A DNA stretch of 64,000 nucleotides, from NCBI GenBank assembly GCA_964610735.1, contig CAZSYH010000005.1, positions 5,912 to 69,911 of the forward strand, written 5' to 3'. How positions within the stretch are numbered: the stretch's first letter is position 1; each line of letters opens with the position of its first letter. The notes beneath the pieces are model-generated. The model was not told where the DNA came from. It saw only the letters and a list, made by a program, of their open reading frames with translations, and searched no databases. The DNA comes from an uncultured Syntrophaceae bacterium. Lineage in GTDB: Bacteria > Desulfobacterota > Syntrophia > Syntrophales > UBA2210. Below, piece after piece: positions 38,270 through 47,854 of the stretch. A program made the translations under genes and the position numbers.

Positions 38270-39529
38270 ATGACTGGTTTTGAACATATTCAAAATACAG
38301 GAAGAGATGCTGTACTGGTTGTCGGTGGCGGTGTAGCGGGCATTACGGCTTCTCTGGATCTGGCGGATGCGGGTCAGTCCGTTCATCTGGTAGAAAACGA
38401 CAGTCATCTCGGTGGTCAGGTCTCAAAACTGGATAAACTCTATCCGACCGATCACTGTGCCTTCTGTCCCCTCTGGACAGATGTCAAAAAGTGTATGGAC
38501 CATCCTTTAATTACTGTTCATACGCTCTCTCACATAAAGGAATTGACGCAAGAAAACGGTAGCTATTCAGCCCTCATCCTGAAACATCCTCATTACATAG
38601 ATGACAAGAAATGTATTTTCTGCGGACGATGTGTGGATGAGTGTCCGGACAACGCTATACATTCCGGCTGGGAACATTTATATCCACCCACTTTCGTGAT
38701 TGATGAAGCTTTATGTACACAATGTGGCAACTGCACGAAGGTATGCCCTTCGGGTGCTATTAATATGGAGTTGAAAGAAGAAGAAATAAATCTTCTCGTG
38801 AGGGATGTCATATGGGCAACCGGTTTTAAAGAGGCCGATCTCAGTCACCTCAAGGAATATGGAAGCGGCACCCACCCTGATATTATGACGTCCATGGAAT
38901 TTGAAGAGTGGACCGCAGAAGCAGGAACCAACAGGGGAAATATCATCAAAAGATCGGATGGCGCGGTACCGGCAAACATCGCTTTTATACAGTGCGCCGG
39001 AGCGAGGGACCTCAGGATGATTCCATCCTGCTCTGCCGTATGCTGCATGCATGCCTTCAAACAGGCCGAGTGGGTGAAAAGAAGAAATCAAAGGATCGAT
39101 TGTTATATCTTTTATACCGATTTAAGAACGGTGGGGCGCGATTATTACAGATATTCCCTGAAGAATTTTGAAGGTGCTGATGTCAAACTTGTCAGGGGAC
39201 GACCGGGATTGATCCATCCCATGCCCGGCGGTAATGGGATCGCGGTACAATTTGAAAATACGATAACACAAAAAAGAGAGATCAGAAAATTTGACATTGT
39301 GATCCTGAACGGGAACATTCAGCCTTCCCTTATTCAGCTCTGTCCGGCACAATCTGAAAAGAAAGTGGCTCCTCAGATAGACAAAGAAGGGTTCGTTATT
39401 GAAGAGTCAGGCGAAACATCTGCTTTTGCATGCGGCTTCGGTCTTGAACCGGCAGATGTTGCCGAGTCCGTAATCCAGGCGTCCGCTGCCGCAATGAGAG
39501 TTATGAATAAAGAATCTGACCAACGGTAG
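38270..39529 (+). CDS. HdrA/QmoA-like FAD-dependent oxidoreductase with inserted 2x[4Fe-4S] ferredoxin domain
   Basis: VVGGGVAGITASLDLADAG dinucleotide fold, DHCAFCP motif, and CIFCGRCVDECP plus CTQCGNCTKVCP. The start is set at ATG 38270. Confidence 0.8.
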   Translation: MTGFEHIQNTGRDAVLVVGGGVAGITASLDLADAGQSVHLVENDSHLGGQVSKLDKLYPTDHCAFCPLWTDVKKCMDHPLITVHTLSHIKELTQENGSYSALILKHPHYIDDKKCIFCGRCVDECPDNAIHSGWEHLYPPTFVIDEALCTQCGNCTKVCPSGAINMELKEEEINLLVRDVIWATGFKEADLSHLKEYGSGTHPDIMTSMEFEEWTAEAGTNRGNIIKRSDGAVPANIAFIQCAGARDLRMIPSCSAVCCMHAFKQAEWVKRRNQRIDCYIFYTDLRTVGRDYYRYSLKNFEGADVKLVRGRPGLIHPMPGGNGIAVQFENTITQKREIRKFDIVILNGNIQPSLIQLCPAQSEKKVAPQIDKEGFVIEESGETSAFACGFGLEPADVAESVIQASAAAMRVMNKESDQR

Positions 39530-39537
39530 AGTGAAAC

Positions 39538-41232
39538 ATGGCAAACATATCTGTTTTTTTATGCAAATGTTTAGGAGAAATTGATCACATAATCGATTTT
39601 GGTCTTCTCCGTGAGGAATTATCAAAAAATTCTTCTGTTGCCCTCATATCGACCGTTGATTCCCTCTGTCTCGAAACGGATATAGAGAAAACTATTTCTC
39701 TGATAAAGGAAACTGACGCTGATAAGGTATTAATCGCCGCCTGTTCTATTTTGTCGAGAGGCAATCTTGTCGTTGACTGTCTTATCAGAGCGGGGGTCGA
39801 GAGGCATAAGATCGCTCTGGTGGATATCAGGGAAGGATGCGCCTGGATTCATGGCGACAATCCTGAAGACGCCTCAAAAAAAGCAAAAGACCTCATAAAT
39901 ATGGGGATCGCTGCTCTTCAGCATAAAGAAATGTCCGACGACATGTCCGTCACCGTTAATCCGAGTGCCATGATAATAGGTGCAGGCCCCGCAGGCCTTG
40001 CCGCCGCCATATCCGTAGCAAAAATGGGATATGAGGTTAGTATCCTCGAAAGATCAAAGGACCCCGGAGGGATGCTTCGATTCATCTCCCGATGTTATCC
40101 AGGCAACGACGATGCATCGAACAAACTGGAACCATATATTAAAGAGATTGAGAATAATCCCCTCATTACCTTCTATCCGCAATCAAAAATCGCTTCTATT
40201 GAGGGAAACACCGGTAATTTCACCGTTCACTTTTCATCTCAGGAAAAAGATAGTTCCATCCATTCAGGAGTTATCATCATCGCGACAGGCGCAAAGATAT
40301 TTTTCCCGACCGGTCTTTATGGCTATGGAGAAATCAAGAATGTGATCACACAGATGGAGTTTGAGATACAAATCCTGAATGGATCATTAGAAACAAAAAA
40401 AACCGTATTTATACAATGTGTTGGCGCAAGAGATAGAAAAAGACCGTATTGTTCAACTATTTGTTGTCCAATCAGTCTTAAGAATGCATCGAGGATCGCT
40501 GAAGATGTCCCGGGCGGGTCAGTATTTATTCTCCACCGGGGGATCATGACGCCGGGGAGCACCCCGGAGAAATATTACAGGGATACACTCTCAAGTGGTG
40601 TACAGTTTATTCGTTTTGAAGAGGAACAACCACCTCGGATCATAGGCAGTGACCATGTTGAATTCGTTGAGGTGTATGATGCGATAACCGGGATTACAAG
40701 GAAGATTGAGACTGATCTGGTGGTCTTAAGTACTCCCCTTATCCCAAATAATGACAATGCGCGACTGGCTCAGATGCTGGGTATTGAAGTTGACCGTTAT
40801 GGGTTTTTCTCGGAGGTCTATCCGATGCATCCCCTGGAGACAAAAACGGATGGCATCTTCATCTGCGGCTCGGCGAGATGGCCCGTTTCTTCAGATCATT
40901 CGATAATACAGGGGAAAGCGGCAGCCATGAAGGCGGTCTCGTATTTAAAACAGAGTAAAATTGCCGCATCAACACTCAGCCGGGTCCCCGGTCCGAAAGC
41001 AGGTCATGCCTGTGTTAATGTCGATGCATGCACGGGGTGTGGTAACTGTGTTGCTGTCTGTCCCTTCGACGCCTGTCAGCTTGAAAAGCTTGAGGGCAAG
41101 TACGTAAGTACGGTGAACCTCATGAAATGCAAGACCTGTGGTAACTGCGTTCCATTATGCCCCAACGGGAGCATACAGATTCCCGAACATAACTACCGCA
41201 TGGTGGGGGGAATGATACAGAGGGCATTTTAG
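39538..41232 (+). CDS. HdrA/QmoB-like FAD-dependent oxidoreductase with C-terminal 2x[4Fe-4S] domain
   Basis: IIGAGPAGLAAAISVAKMG fold, CVGARD...YCSTICC HdrA-type motif, and C-terminal CTGCGNCVAVCP and CKTCGNCVPLCP. Confidence 0.8.
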   Translation: MANISVFLCKCLGEIDHIIDFGLLREELSKNSSVALISTVDSLCLETDIEKTISLIKETDADKVLIAACSILSRGNLVVDCLIRAGVERHKIALVDIREGCAWIHGDNPEDASKKAKDLINMGIAALQHKEMSDDMSVTVNPSAMIIGAGPAGLAAAISVAKMGYEVSILERSKDPGGMLRFISRCYPGNDDASNKLEPYIKEIENNPLITFYPQSKIASIEGNTGNFTVHFSSQEKDSSIHSGVIIIATGAKIFFPTGLYGYGEIKNVITQMEFEIQILNGSLETKKTVFIQCVGARDRKRPYCSTICCPISLKNASRIAEDVPGGSVFILHRGIMTPGSTPEKYYRDTLSSGVQFIRFEEEQPPRIIGSDHVEFVEVYDAITGITRKIETDLVVLSTPLIPNNDNARLAQMLGIEVDRYGFFSEVYPMHPLETKTDGIFICGSARWPVSSDHSIIQGKAAAMKAVSYLKQSKIAASTLSRVPGPKAGHACVNVDACTGCGNCVAVCPFDACQLEKLEGKYVSTVNLMKCKTCGNCVPLCPNGSIQIPEHNYRMVGGMIQRAF

Positions 41233-41303
41233 AGAAATGCCAAACACTTTTTTGTCATTACTGGTTAGGTGGTTATCAGTACCGAAGCGGAAGGCAGATA
41301 ATC

Positions 41304-41744
41304 ATGCATACGGTTAAAATGAAAAATCCGAAGATCCTGATTTTTGCTTGCAAATGGTGCGGGCTTATCGGAGCGGATGCCGCCGGGAAGAAGAGGATAT
41401 CTCTCCCCTCTCAGTTTCGTGTCATTCCGGTGGAATGCGCATCTCTTGTTGAACCCGATGCCGTCCTGAGAGCGCTGGCCGGGGGGATTGATGGCATAGC
41501 TGTTCTGGGATGTCACATAGGAGGGTGTCGGTATAATAATGCGAATCACACTGCCATCAAGAGAATGGAACTTCTAAAAGATCTGCTGGATACAACCGGC
41601 ATCGGACGCAGCAGGCTTTTGCTCAGTTTTGGGACCGCACATGAAGATTATCAATTTGAAGAGATAATAAAGAGTTTTTTTGACGAGGTATCGTTACTGA
41701 CCCCCCTTGATCCCTGGTTGTCGTCGTTTGGAGTGATAAGCTGA
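41304..41744 (+). CDS. mvhD: MvhD/FlpD-like [2Fe-2S] hydrogenase delta-subunit-family protein
   Basis: ILIFACKWCG...IPVECASLV...GIAVLGCHIGGCRY pattern typical of MvhD. Confidence 0.82.
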   Translation: MHTVKMKNPKILIFACKWCGLIGADAAGKKRISLPSQFRVIPVECASLVEPDAVLRALAGGIDGIAVLGCHIGGCRYNNANHTAIKRMELLKDLLDTTGIGRSRLLLSFGTAHEDYQFEEIIKSFFDEVSLLTPLDPWLSSFGVIS

Positions 41745-41746
41745 TT

Positions 41747-42598
41747 ATGCTCGAGAAAACAAAAAACATAGCAAGACAGATTCTTGAAGAGAAAAAGGCT
41801 GGTGGTATCCTGGGCCTCATGAAAGGGCAATGGAATATCATCCAGCCCCATATTTTTGAAGCACCTGCGGAATTAGACGCCCTTGTTCTTGAACCGAAGT
41901 GGTTGCTGGCAAAGCTCGCTATGGGAATATTACGTTCCTCACCGGAAAATTACAAACTGGCTGTAATCTGCCGTGGATGTGATGAAAGGGCACTGATTGA
42001 ACTGATAAAGAGAAATCAGATAGAGAAGGAAAGCCTCCTTACGATTGGAATTGCCTGCAGTCAGGAACAGGCAGCCCTATGCCTTTGCGACAGGCCGTAC
42101 CCCACGAAACTCGACGCAGGGGAGAAGGTTAAAGGGGTAGATCCTTTCCAGGACGAAAGAGTCCGGGAGTTTTTGATCGGTAATGACAAACAAAGGATGG
42201 AGAGGTGGGCTGATATGCTGAAGAGGTGTATCAAGTGTTACGGCTGCCGCAATTCCTGCCCTATCTGCATCTGTGAACCCTGCAAACTGGAAGACGATGT
42301 CTGGGTGAAAAGGGGTGTTGTGCCGGCGGAAGCAATAACCTTTCATCTTATACGTGCCTTCCACCTGTCGGATACATGTGTGGCCTGTGGGGCCTGTCAG
42401 GAAGCCTGTCCCGTTAATATCCCGCTCCTCTATCTGCAGTTCTCGATGCGCAAAACAATCCAGGAATACTACGGGTACGAGGCGGGACTTGATCTTGAGA
42501 TAAAATCACCAGTTCTTTCCGGTGTTTTCGAAGGACCCGATACGGACAGGGAATATCCTGCATGGGTAAACTCGATGAGGGAACGAGATGGGATCTAA
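41747..42598 (+). CDS. 2x[4Fe-4S] protein (AsrA/HydB/FdhB-like electron-transfer subunit)
   Basis: CIKCYGCRNSCPICIC and CVACGACQEACP motifs. It overlaps the fdhA start by 11 nt. The precise family was not recognised. Confidence 0.6.
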   Translation: MLEKTKNIARQILEEKKAGGILGLMKGQWNIIQPHIFEAPAELDALVLEPKWLLAKLAMGILRSSPENYKLAVICRGCDERALIELIKRNQIEKESLLTIGIACSQEQAALCLCDRPYPTKLDAGEKVKGVDPFQDERVREFLIGNDKQRMERWADMLKRCIKCYGCRNSCPICICEPCKLEDDVWVKRGVVPAEAITFHLIRAFHLSDTCVACGACQEACPVNIPLLYLQFSMRKTIQEYYGYEAGLDLEIKSPVLSGVFEGPDTDREYPAWVNSMRERDGI

Positions 42599-44630
42599 AT
42601 TTGTCAAGACCATTTGTCCTTACTGTGGAACAGGCTGTGGCCTTATAATAAAGATCATAGATGGTGTGGCCGTTGCCACCTATCCCGACAGGGAACACCC
42701 TGTCTCTCGAGGTAGTTTGTGCATAAAGGGATGGTCTGCTCACGAGTTTATCAACCATCCCGACCGCTTGACATCGCCTCTTTTGAGAAAGGGTGACACG
42801 TTTCAGGAAATCCCATGGGATGAAGCCATACCGATGGCGGCCTTGAAATTGCGTGAGACTGCCGCACGATATGGCGGCGATGCCATTGGTGGTCTTTCTT
42901 CCGCCAAGTGTACCAATGAAGAAAATTACCTTTTCCAGAAACTGATACGCATGGCATTTAAAACGAACAACGTGGATCACTGTGCACGTCTGTGCCATGC
43001 CCCGACTACCGTTGCAATGGTACAGGCCCTTGGCAGCGGGGCAATGACGAATTCTATTTCGGATCTGGCCGGAGCTGAGTGTATCATTGCCATCGGTTCC
43101 AACACAGCGGAGAGTCACCCGATCATCATGGGGGGAATTTATAAGGCCACTGACAGGGGTGCGACACTCATCGTTGTCGATCCCCGTGAAACGGCAGTCA
43201 CCCGGAATGCAAAGATTCACCTCCGGATAAATCCGGGAACGGATATACCCCTTTTGTGCGGTATGATGAGACACATTATTGATGAAGGACTGCACAACGA
43301 GGAATTCATCAGGGACCGTATGGAAGGATTTAAAGATCTGAATACATTCCTCCAGTCGTGGCCTGTCAAACGGGCTGCCGACGAATGCGGTATCGATGAA
43401 GAGCTCATCAGAAATGTGGCTACGATTTATGCAAAAGCAAAAGAATCTGCCGTAATCTATTGCATGGGTATCACTCAACATGCCTGTGGAACAGCCAACG
43501 TCCTCGCCATTTGTGACCTTGCCATGTTGTGCGGTCATGTTGGAACAGAACATTCCGGCATATATCCCCTTCGGGGACAGAATAATGTTCAGGGCGCCTG
43601 CGATATGGGTGCCCTGCCCAATGTCTATCCCGGATACCAGAGTGTCAGCGATTCGGCAATTCAGGACAAATTTCAAAAGGCCTGGGGGACTGAACTCTCC
43701 GATAAGCCGGGCCTTACCGTTACGGAAATCATCGGCCTCGCGGGGAAGGATATCCGCGCAGCCTATATCATGGCGGAAAATCCCGCATTGAGTGATCCCG
43801 ATACCAACCATGTTTTGGAGTCACTGAAAGCCTTTGATTTTCTCATCGTTCAGGATATTTTTCTCACCGAGACGGCAAAATTCGCACATCTGATATTTCC
43901 CAGCTCCTGTTTTGCCGAGAAGTCCGGGACGTACACCAATACGGAGAGAAGATTTCAGCTCTTGCGAAAGGCAGTCGATCCGCCGGGAAATGCAAAAGAA
44001 GACTTTGCGATTTTATGCCTTTTGGGAAACGCTTTGGGACTTAATTTTTCTTACATCCATCCTGCAGAAGTAATGGAGGAAATCGCGTCTCTGGCCCCGG
44101 CCTACGGCGGTATCCGCTTTGACAGGTTGGAGCTGGAAGGTCTGCAGTGGCCCTGCCCTGATTCAGAGCATCCAGGCACACGGTATCTTCATAAAGACCG
44201 GTTTACGAGAGGCAAAGGACTTTTCGTCATCCCCGAGTATACTCCACCCAGGGAACTACCCGATGATAAGTATCCTTATTATCTAAGTACGGGAAGAATG
44301 TTTGCTCATTATCATACTGGTACAATGACGCGCCGATCACCCTTTCTCAACAGGGAGGTGGAAAAGGCCTATGCCGAGATCAACCCGGAAAATGCTGCTC
44401 ATCTGAACGTAAAAGACGGGGAGAAAATAAAGCTAACAACCCGCAGGGGGAGTATTATAACAACCGCCCGGATAACGAAACGTGTTGCAAAGGACTGTAT
44501 TTTCGCTCCTTTCCACTTTGCCGAGGCACGGGCCAATATGTTGACCAATCCGGTCCTGGATCCCCATTCCAAGATACCGGAATTCAAGGTATGTGCCGCA
44601 GATGTAAGGAAGGAAACAGAGGATGGCTAA
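42588..44630 (+). CDS. fdhA: formate dehydrogenase catalytic subunit (Mo/W-bisPGD, Cys-type, cytoplasmic)
   Basis: N-terminal [4Fe-4S] CPYCGTGC, active-site HCARLCHAPT (Cys-His at the Sec/Cys position), downstream RGQNNVQGA, and no Tat signal. Confidence 0.88.
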   Translation: MGSKFVKTICPYCGTGCGLIIKIIDGVAVATYPDREHPVSRGSLCIKGWSAHEFINHPDRLTSPLLRKGDTFQEIPWDEAIPMAALKLRETAARYGGDAIGGLSSAKCTNEENYLFQKLIRMAFKTNNVDHCARLCHAPTTVAMVQALGSGAMTNSISDLAGAECIIAIGSNTAESHPIIMGGIYKATDRGATLIVVDPRETAVTRNAKIHLRINPGTDIPLLCGMMRHIIDEGLHNEEFIRDRMEGFKDLNTFLQSWPVKRAADECGIDEELIRNVATIYAKAKESAVIYCMGITQHACGTANVLAICDLAMLCGHVGTEHSGIYPLRGQNNVQGACDMGALPNVYPGYQSVSDSAIQDKFQKAWGTELSDKPGLTVTEIIGLAGKDIRAAYIMAENPALSDPDTNHVLESLKAFDFLIVQDIFLTETAKFAHLIFPSSCFAEKSGTYTNTERRFQLLRKAVDPPGNAKEDFAILCLLGNALGLNFSYIHPAEVMEEIASLAPAYGGIRFDRLELEGLQWPCPDSEHPGTRYLHKDRFTRGKGLFVIPEYTPPRELPDDKYPYYLSTGRMFAHYHTGTMTRRSPFLNREVEKAYAEINPENAAHLNVKDGEKIKLTTRRGSIITTARITKRVAKDCIFAPFHFAEARANMLTNPVLDPHSKIPEFKVCAADVRKETEDG

Positions 44631-45084
44631 CGATAACGACAGGATTGCCGAAGCAAGGAGATTTTCCTGCGCATACAGTTGCGTGGAATGTGGCAGGTGC
44701 GTTGCAGTCTGTCCCATGGCAGAGATGTATACAAATTTTTCTATCGAAATGTCACCACGGGGAGTCATTAAGAAAACTCTGGTCGGGAATGACATCATCA
44801 CGGACGAAAATATATGGTATTGTACCGAATGTAATGCCGGTACCGATATTTGTCCACAGGGGGTTAGCTGTCGCGATCTGATTCGAGGTCTCAGGGAAAT
44901 AGCAATCGAAGAAAACATGGTTGAAAATTTAAAATACTGTACCCGTTGCGGCAAACGGTTTTTATCAATTCCCGCAAAAAACTTTGTTTTTGAAAGGTTG
45001 AGAGAGGAACCTCCTAACGTTTTGAACGTTCTCGAACTTTGCCCCTCATGCAGGAGGGAGATGTACATGTTACGTAACACATAG
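44623..45084 (+). CDS. HdrC-like 2x[4Fe-4S] protein with C-terminal zinc-ribbon-like Cys pairs
   Basis: CVECGRCVAVCP and CTECNAGTDICP, then CTRC...CPSC. It overlaps the fdhA stop. Confidence 0.7.
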   Translation: MANDNDRIAEARRFSCAYSCVECGRCVAVCPMAEMYTNFSIEMSPRGVIKKTLVGNDIITDENIWYCTECNAGTDICPQGVSCRDLIRGLREIAIEENMVENLKYCTRCGKRFLSIPAKNFVFERLREEPPNVLNVLELCPSCRREMYMLRNT

Positions 45085-45092
45085 GCAATGTG

Positions 45093-46400
45093 ATGCAGGA
45101 ACAAACAAACGAACAAAATAACATTATCACCCTTGAGGAACTCAGGCCACGCCCGGAAGAGAAGAAAACCTTCTCCGACCACTTTATGCCGCGACTTCAT
45201 CCCGGCATCCTCTTTGATCCTAAAAAATGTACCGGGTGCGGCACCTGCGAGATGGTTTGTTCCTTAAGAAATGTTTCTAAAATAGCCCCCACTTCTGCAA
45301 GCATAAAAGTGCTCAGAGATGAGAACAGTGTCAAGAATTTTGCGATCTTCTGCCAGCATTGCCGCAAGCCTCTGTGCATAGAAGCCTGCCCCACCAGGGC
45401 GATTGAAAAGGGGGAAGACGGGATTGTCCGTATCGACAAACTGTTCTGTGTAGCATGCGGTCTTTGTACGATGGCCTGCCCGGAAGCCGCACCGCTTCAA
45501 GATCCAATAACGGGAGAGATCAATAAATGCGATCTGTGTGAGGGAGATCCACAGTGTGTCAAATATTGCCCGTCAGGAGCCCTTACTTTTACAAAGGGGA
45601 AAAGGATTCGATGGATAAAAGCCTTGCGATGGTCCGTTCAGACTATTTCATTTCTCCTTCTGGTCGTTGCCCTGATTGGAACATTCTGTTCTCTAAAGGC
45701 GGGCGCGCTTAGTTTATCCTGTCCCGCGGGAGTCCTGCAGAATATTGCGTCATCAGGTACCGTCGTGCTCGTCTGGATTCTGTCGGCTTCCCTGATCCTC
45801 GGGTTGACCATACTTGCGGGAAGATTTTTCTGTGGGTGGATCTGCCCCTTCGGCTTTTTTCTCGATCTTGTCGATAAAATTACGCCAAAGAAGATCGGAT
45901 GGCCGTCATTTCTCAAAAGCAGGATGGCAAAGTACGGAATCCTTGCCGGAGCTGTGGGAGGAAGTTGTGCCCTCGGTTTCCAGGCCTTTTGTCCTGTATG
46001 TCCCATAGGTTCAATTTGCCGTTCCTATGGAGCGGCCGGGACCCTTAATGGTGCGAATATGGGAATAGTGGCTGTACTGGGAGGCCTCGAAGTAACAGAA
46101 CGGCGGGTCTGGTGCCGATACTTCTGCCCGGTAGGGGCACTGCTGGCGCTCTTTGCAAAGATCGGTCTGATAAAAATTGTCATCGGCGCAAATCAGTGCA
46201 AGAAGTTTTCCTGTGTTCAATGTGCGGAAGTATGTCCCATGGGAATTATTGACGCGGATAAGTTGCGAGAAGGCATATCACCGGAGATACCGATGACCGA
46301 ATGTATTACATGTATGAGATGCATTGACCGATGCCCTTACGGCGCGGCAAAGATACGGTTCAGGTGGCAAAAGGCGGTGCCGGAGAATGTTGAATTATGA
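45093..46400 (+). CDS. fusion of a DmsB-type poly-[4Fe-4S] ferredoxin domain to a NapH-like integral-membrane Fe-S protein
   Basis: N-terminus carries CTGCGTCEMVC, CQHCRKPLCIEACP, CVACGLCTMACP and CDLCEGDPQCVKYCP. The membrane part carries GRFFCGWICPFG and WCRYFCPVGAL (NapH hallmarks) plus two C-terminal Fe-S motifs. Confidence 0.8.
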   Translation: MQEQTNEQNNIITLEELRPRPEEKKTFSDHFMPRLHPGILFDPKKCTGCGTCEMVCSLRNVSKIAPTSASIKVLRDENSVKNFAIFCQHCRKPLCIEACPTRAIEKGEDGIVRIDKLFCVACGLCTMACPEAAPLQDPITGEINKCDLCEGDPQCVKYCPSGALTFTKGKRIRWIKALRWSVQTISFLLLVVALIGTFCSLKAGALSLSCPAGVLQNIASSGTVVLVWILSASLILGLTILAGRFFCGWICPFGFFLDLVDKITPKKIGWPSFLKSRMAKYGILAGAVGGSCALGFQAFCPVCPIGSICRSYGAAGTLNGANMGIVAVLGGLEVTERRVWCRYFCPVGALLALFAKIGLIKIVIGANQCKKFSCVQCAEVCPMGIIDADKLREGISPEIPMTECITCMRCIDRCPYGAAKIRFRWQKAVPENVEL

Positions 46401-47707
46401 AGCTATTCGATAATTTCTACAACATGAAGGTTGGGATAGTCGACCTCACTCAATTATCCTCAGAGGTAATTCCTCTGGACGAGCAGATTGTCGCGGAAAA
46501 GATCGGCGGAGCAGCAGTAAATGAAGATCTTTTCAGGCAATATAAAGATGATGCTCCTCTGCTCATTGGTGTTGGTCCACTGACGGGCAGCTTTGCCCCC
46601 GCTTCATGCCTTTCGGTTGCAACCTTTTTATCGCCACGATTCGGAAATCTCTGCCACGTTCCTCTTATGATGCGTACCGGCCCCGAGATGAAGTTCTCGG
46701 GCATTGATTTCCTGGTGATCAAGGGAACTGCTTCCTCACCCAAGATATTGCATATAGATAAGGGAGCCATACAGATCTTATCTGCGGAACAGTTCATTGG
46801 CGTTGATATCCCTGAGGGTTTACAGACACTGAAAAAGGAAAGGATTCATTCCCGGTCAATCCTCCTGACAGGCACCGCCGCTGACCACGGGGTCCCGAGT
46901 GCTTCTGTTTCAACAGGCTTTAACGGCAGTTTGGATAAAGCGGGTCTGGCCTTTCTGATGGCCTCAAAAAATCTCAAAGGGGTCATCTTCAATGGAACTG
47001 GTGGCCTTCCCTTCGCCGAAGATAACCTTGAGGATAATGAAACAATTGAAAGAAAGCTTTTCGCGGATGAAGGACATGAGAATAAAGGCTTTCTTTCTAT
47101 GTTGGATAAGATCGGAATCGAAGAGAATCTGAAGGGGGTCATAAAAAAAGCAAAATGGCGGGACATGGCATGCTATCACTGTCCTTCTCCATGTATGAAT
47201 TCTGTCCAGTTTACATGGCACGATCCCCGGAAGAATTCCAGAGTCGAAGATAATATATTACTTTCAGATCATCTGGGATTTCTCGCGCTGGCAAAGAAAG
47301 GGGGGAAAGATGTGTTTCCACTTTCAGAAAGTTGCCTCCGTTTTGGTCTTGACCCAGTTGCCGTTGCGGAGAAATTGCCGGAGAACGGATCATTACTTGA
47401 ATCTCTGAACGCTATAGAAGAGATCTCCGTTACACCGGAAGAACCGAAGATCAAAAGGGAACACCACCAGATCGGAGAGGTTTCAGCTGAAATGCATAAC
47501 CTTTACGGCGGCGGGTTACCACCAATTTTAGCTGAAGAATTGTGGAAGAAACGGGTCCGGCTTTCTATGATTCTGGGTGTATGCCCAATATTTTTACTTC
47601 GTTTCACACAGATTTCGGAACTTGATCTTCTAAAGTTCCTCACAAGCAATGAACATGATCTGAAGTTTTTAGAAAAAAAAGAAATCCAATCTCTCATTAA
47701 AAAATAA
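46397..47707 (+). CDS. shortened AOR-family paralog (436 aa)
   Basis: AFOR_N-like N-domain (IGGAAVN..., VGPLTG). It retains CxxCxxxC (CYHCPSPC) and both pterin-type motifs (CLRFGLDPVAV, ILGVCPIF) in a compressed C-terminal region. An ATGA overlap links it to the preceding gene. Confidence 0.72.
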   Translation: MKLFDNFYNMKVGIVDLTQLSSEVIPLDEQIVAEKIGGAAVNEDLFRQYKDDAPLLIGVGPLTGSFAPASCLSVATFLSPRFGNLCHVPLMMRTGPEMKFSGIDFLVIKGTASSPKILHIDKGAIQILSAEQFIGVDIPEGLQTLKKERIHSRSILLTGTAADHGVPSASVSTGFNGSLDKAGLAFLMASKNLKGVIFNGTGGLPFAEDNLEDNETIERKLFADEGHENKGFLSMLDKIGIEENLKGVIKKAKWRDMACYHCPSPCMNSVQFTWHDPRKNSRVEDNILLSDHLGFLALAKKGGKDVFPLSESCLRFGLDPVAVAEKLPENGSLLESLNAIEEISVTPEEPKIKREHHQIGEVSAEMHNLYGGGLPPILAEELWKKRVRLSMILGVCPIFLLRFTQISELDLLKFLTSNEHDLKFLEKKEIQSLIKK

Positions 47708-47854
47708 CGAATAAAGGTGAAAAGCTAGGCCACGGGGCTTATCAAGCTTGCACCCAAATTGAAAAAGGTGGCCGAAGTGTATGTTGGTGTCCTGAAGGAG
47801 ATGGGTAGAGAGGATATAATTTTGTAAAACAGATATCCGCAGGAGGTACGTTAC

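Noticed and set aside
42414-43811. 465-aa minus-strand ORF. Similar long antisense ORFs occur at 8038-8766, 34686-35486, 44433-45200, 30232-30750, 20714-21439 and 1717-2211.
   Set aside because: Each lies entirely antisense to a gene with strong family motifs (fdhA, ftsQ/ftsA, Tat ferredoxin and so on). Each has biased, low-complexity or Arg/Ser/Pro-rich composition with no recognisable domain, which is typical of shadow ORFs.
34716-47707. Identification of the island as class II benzoyl-CoA reductase (BamBCDEFGHI)
   Set aside because: The AOR is of ordinary AOR length and motif pattern. There is no BamD/HdrD-type CCG protein and no NuoE/F/G-like BamGHI, and FDH and NapGH-like genes are present instead. 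Only the general design principle is shared.
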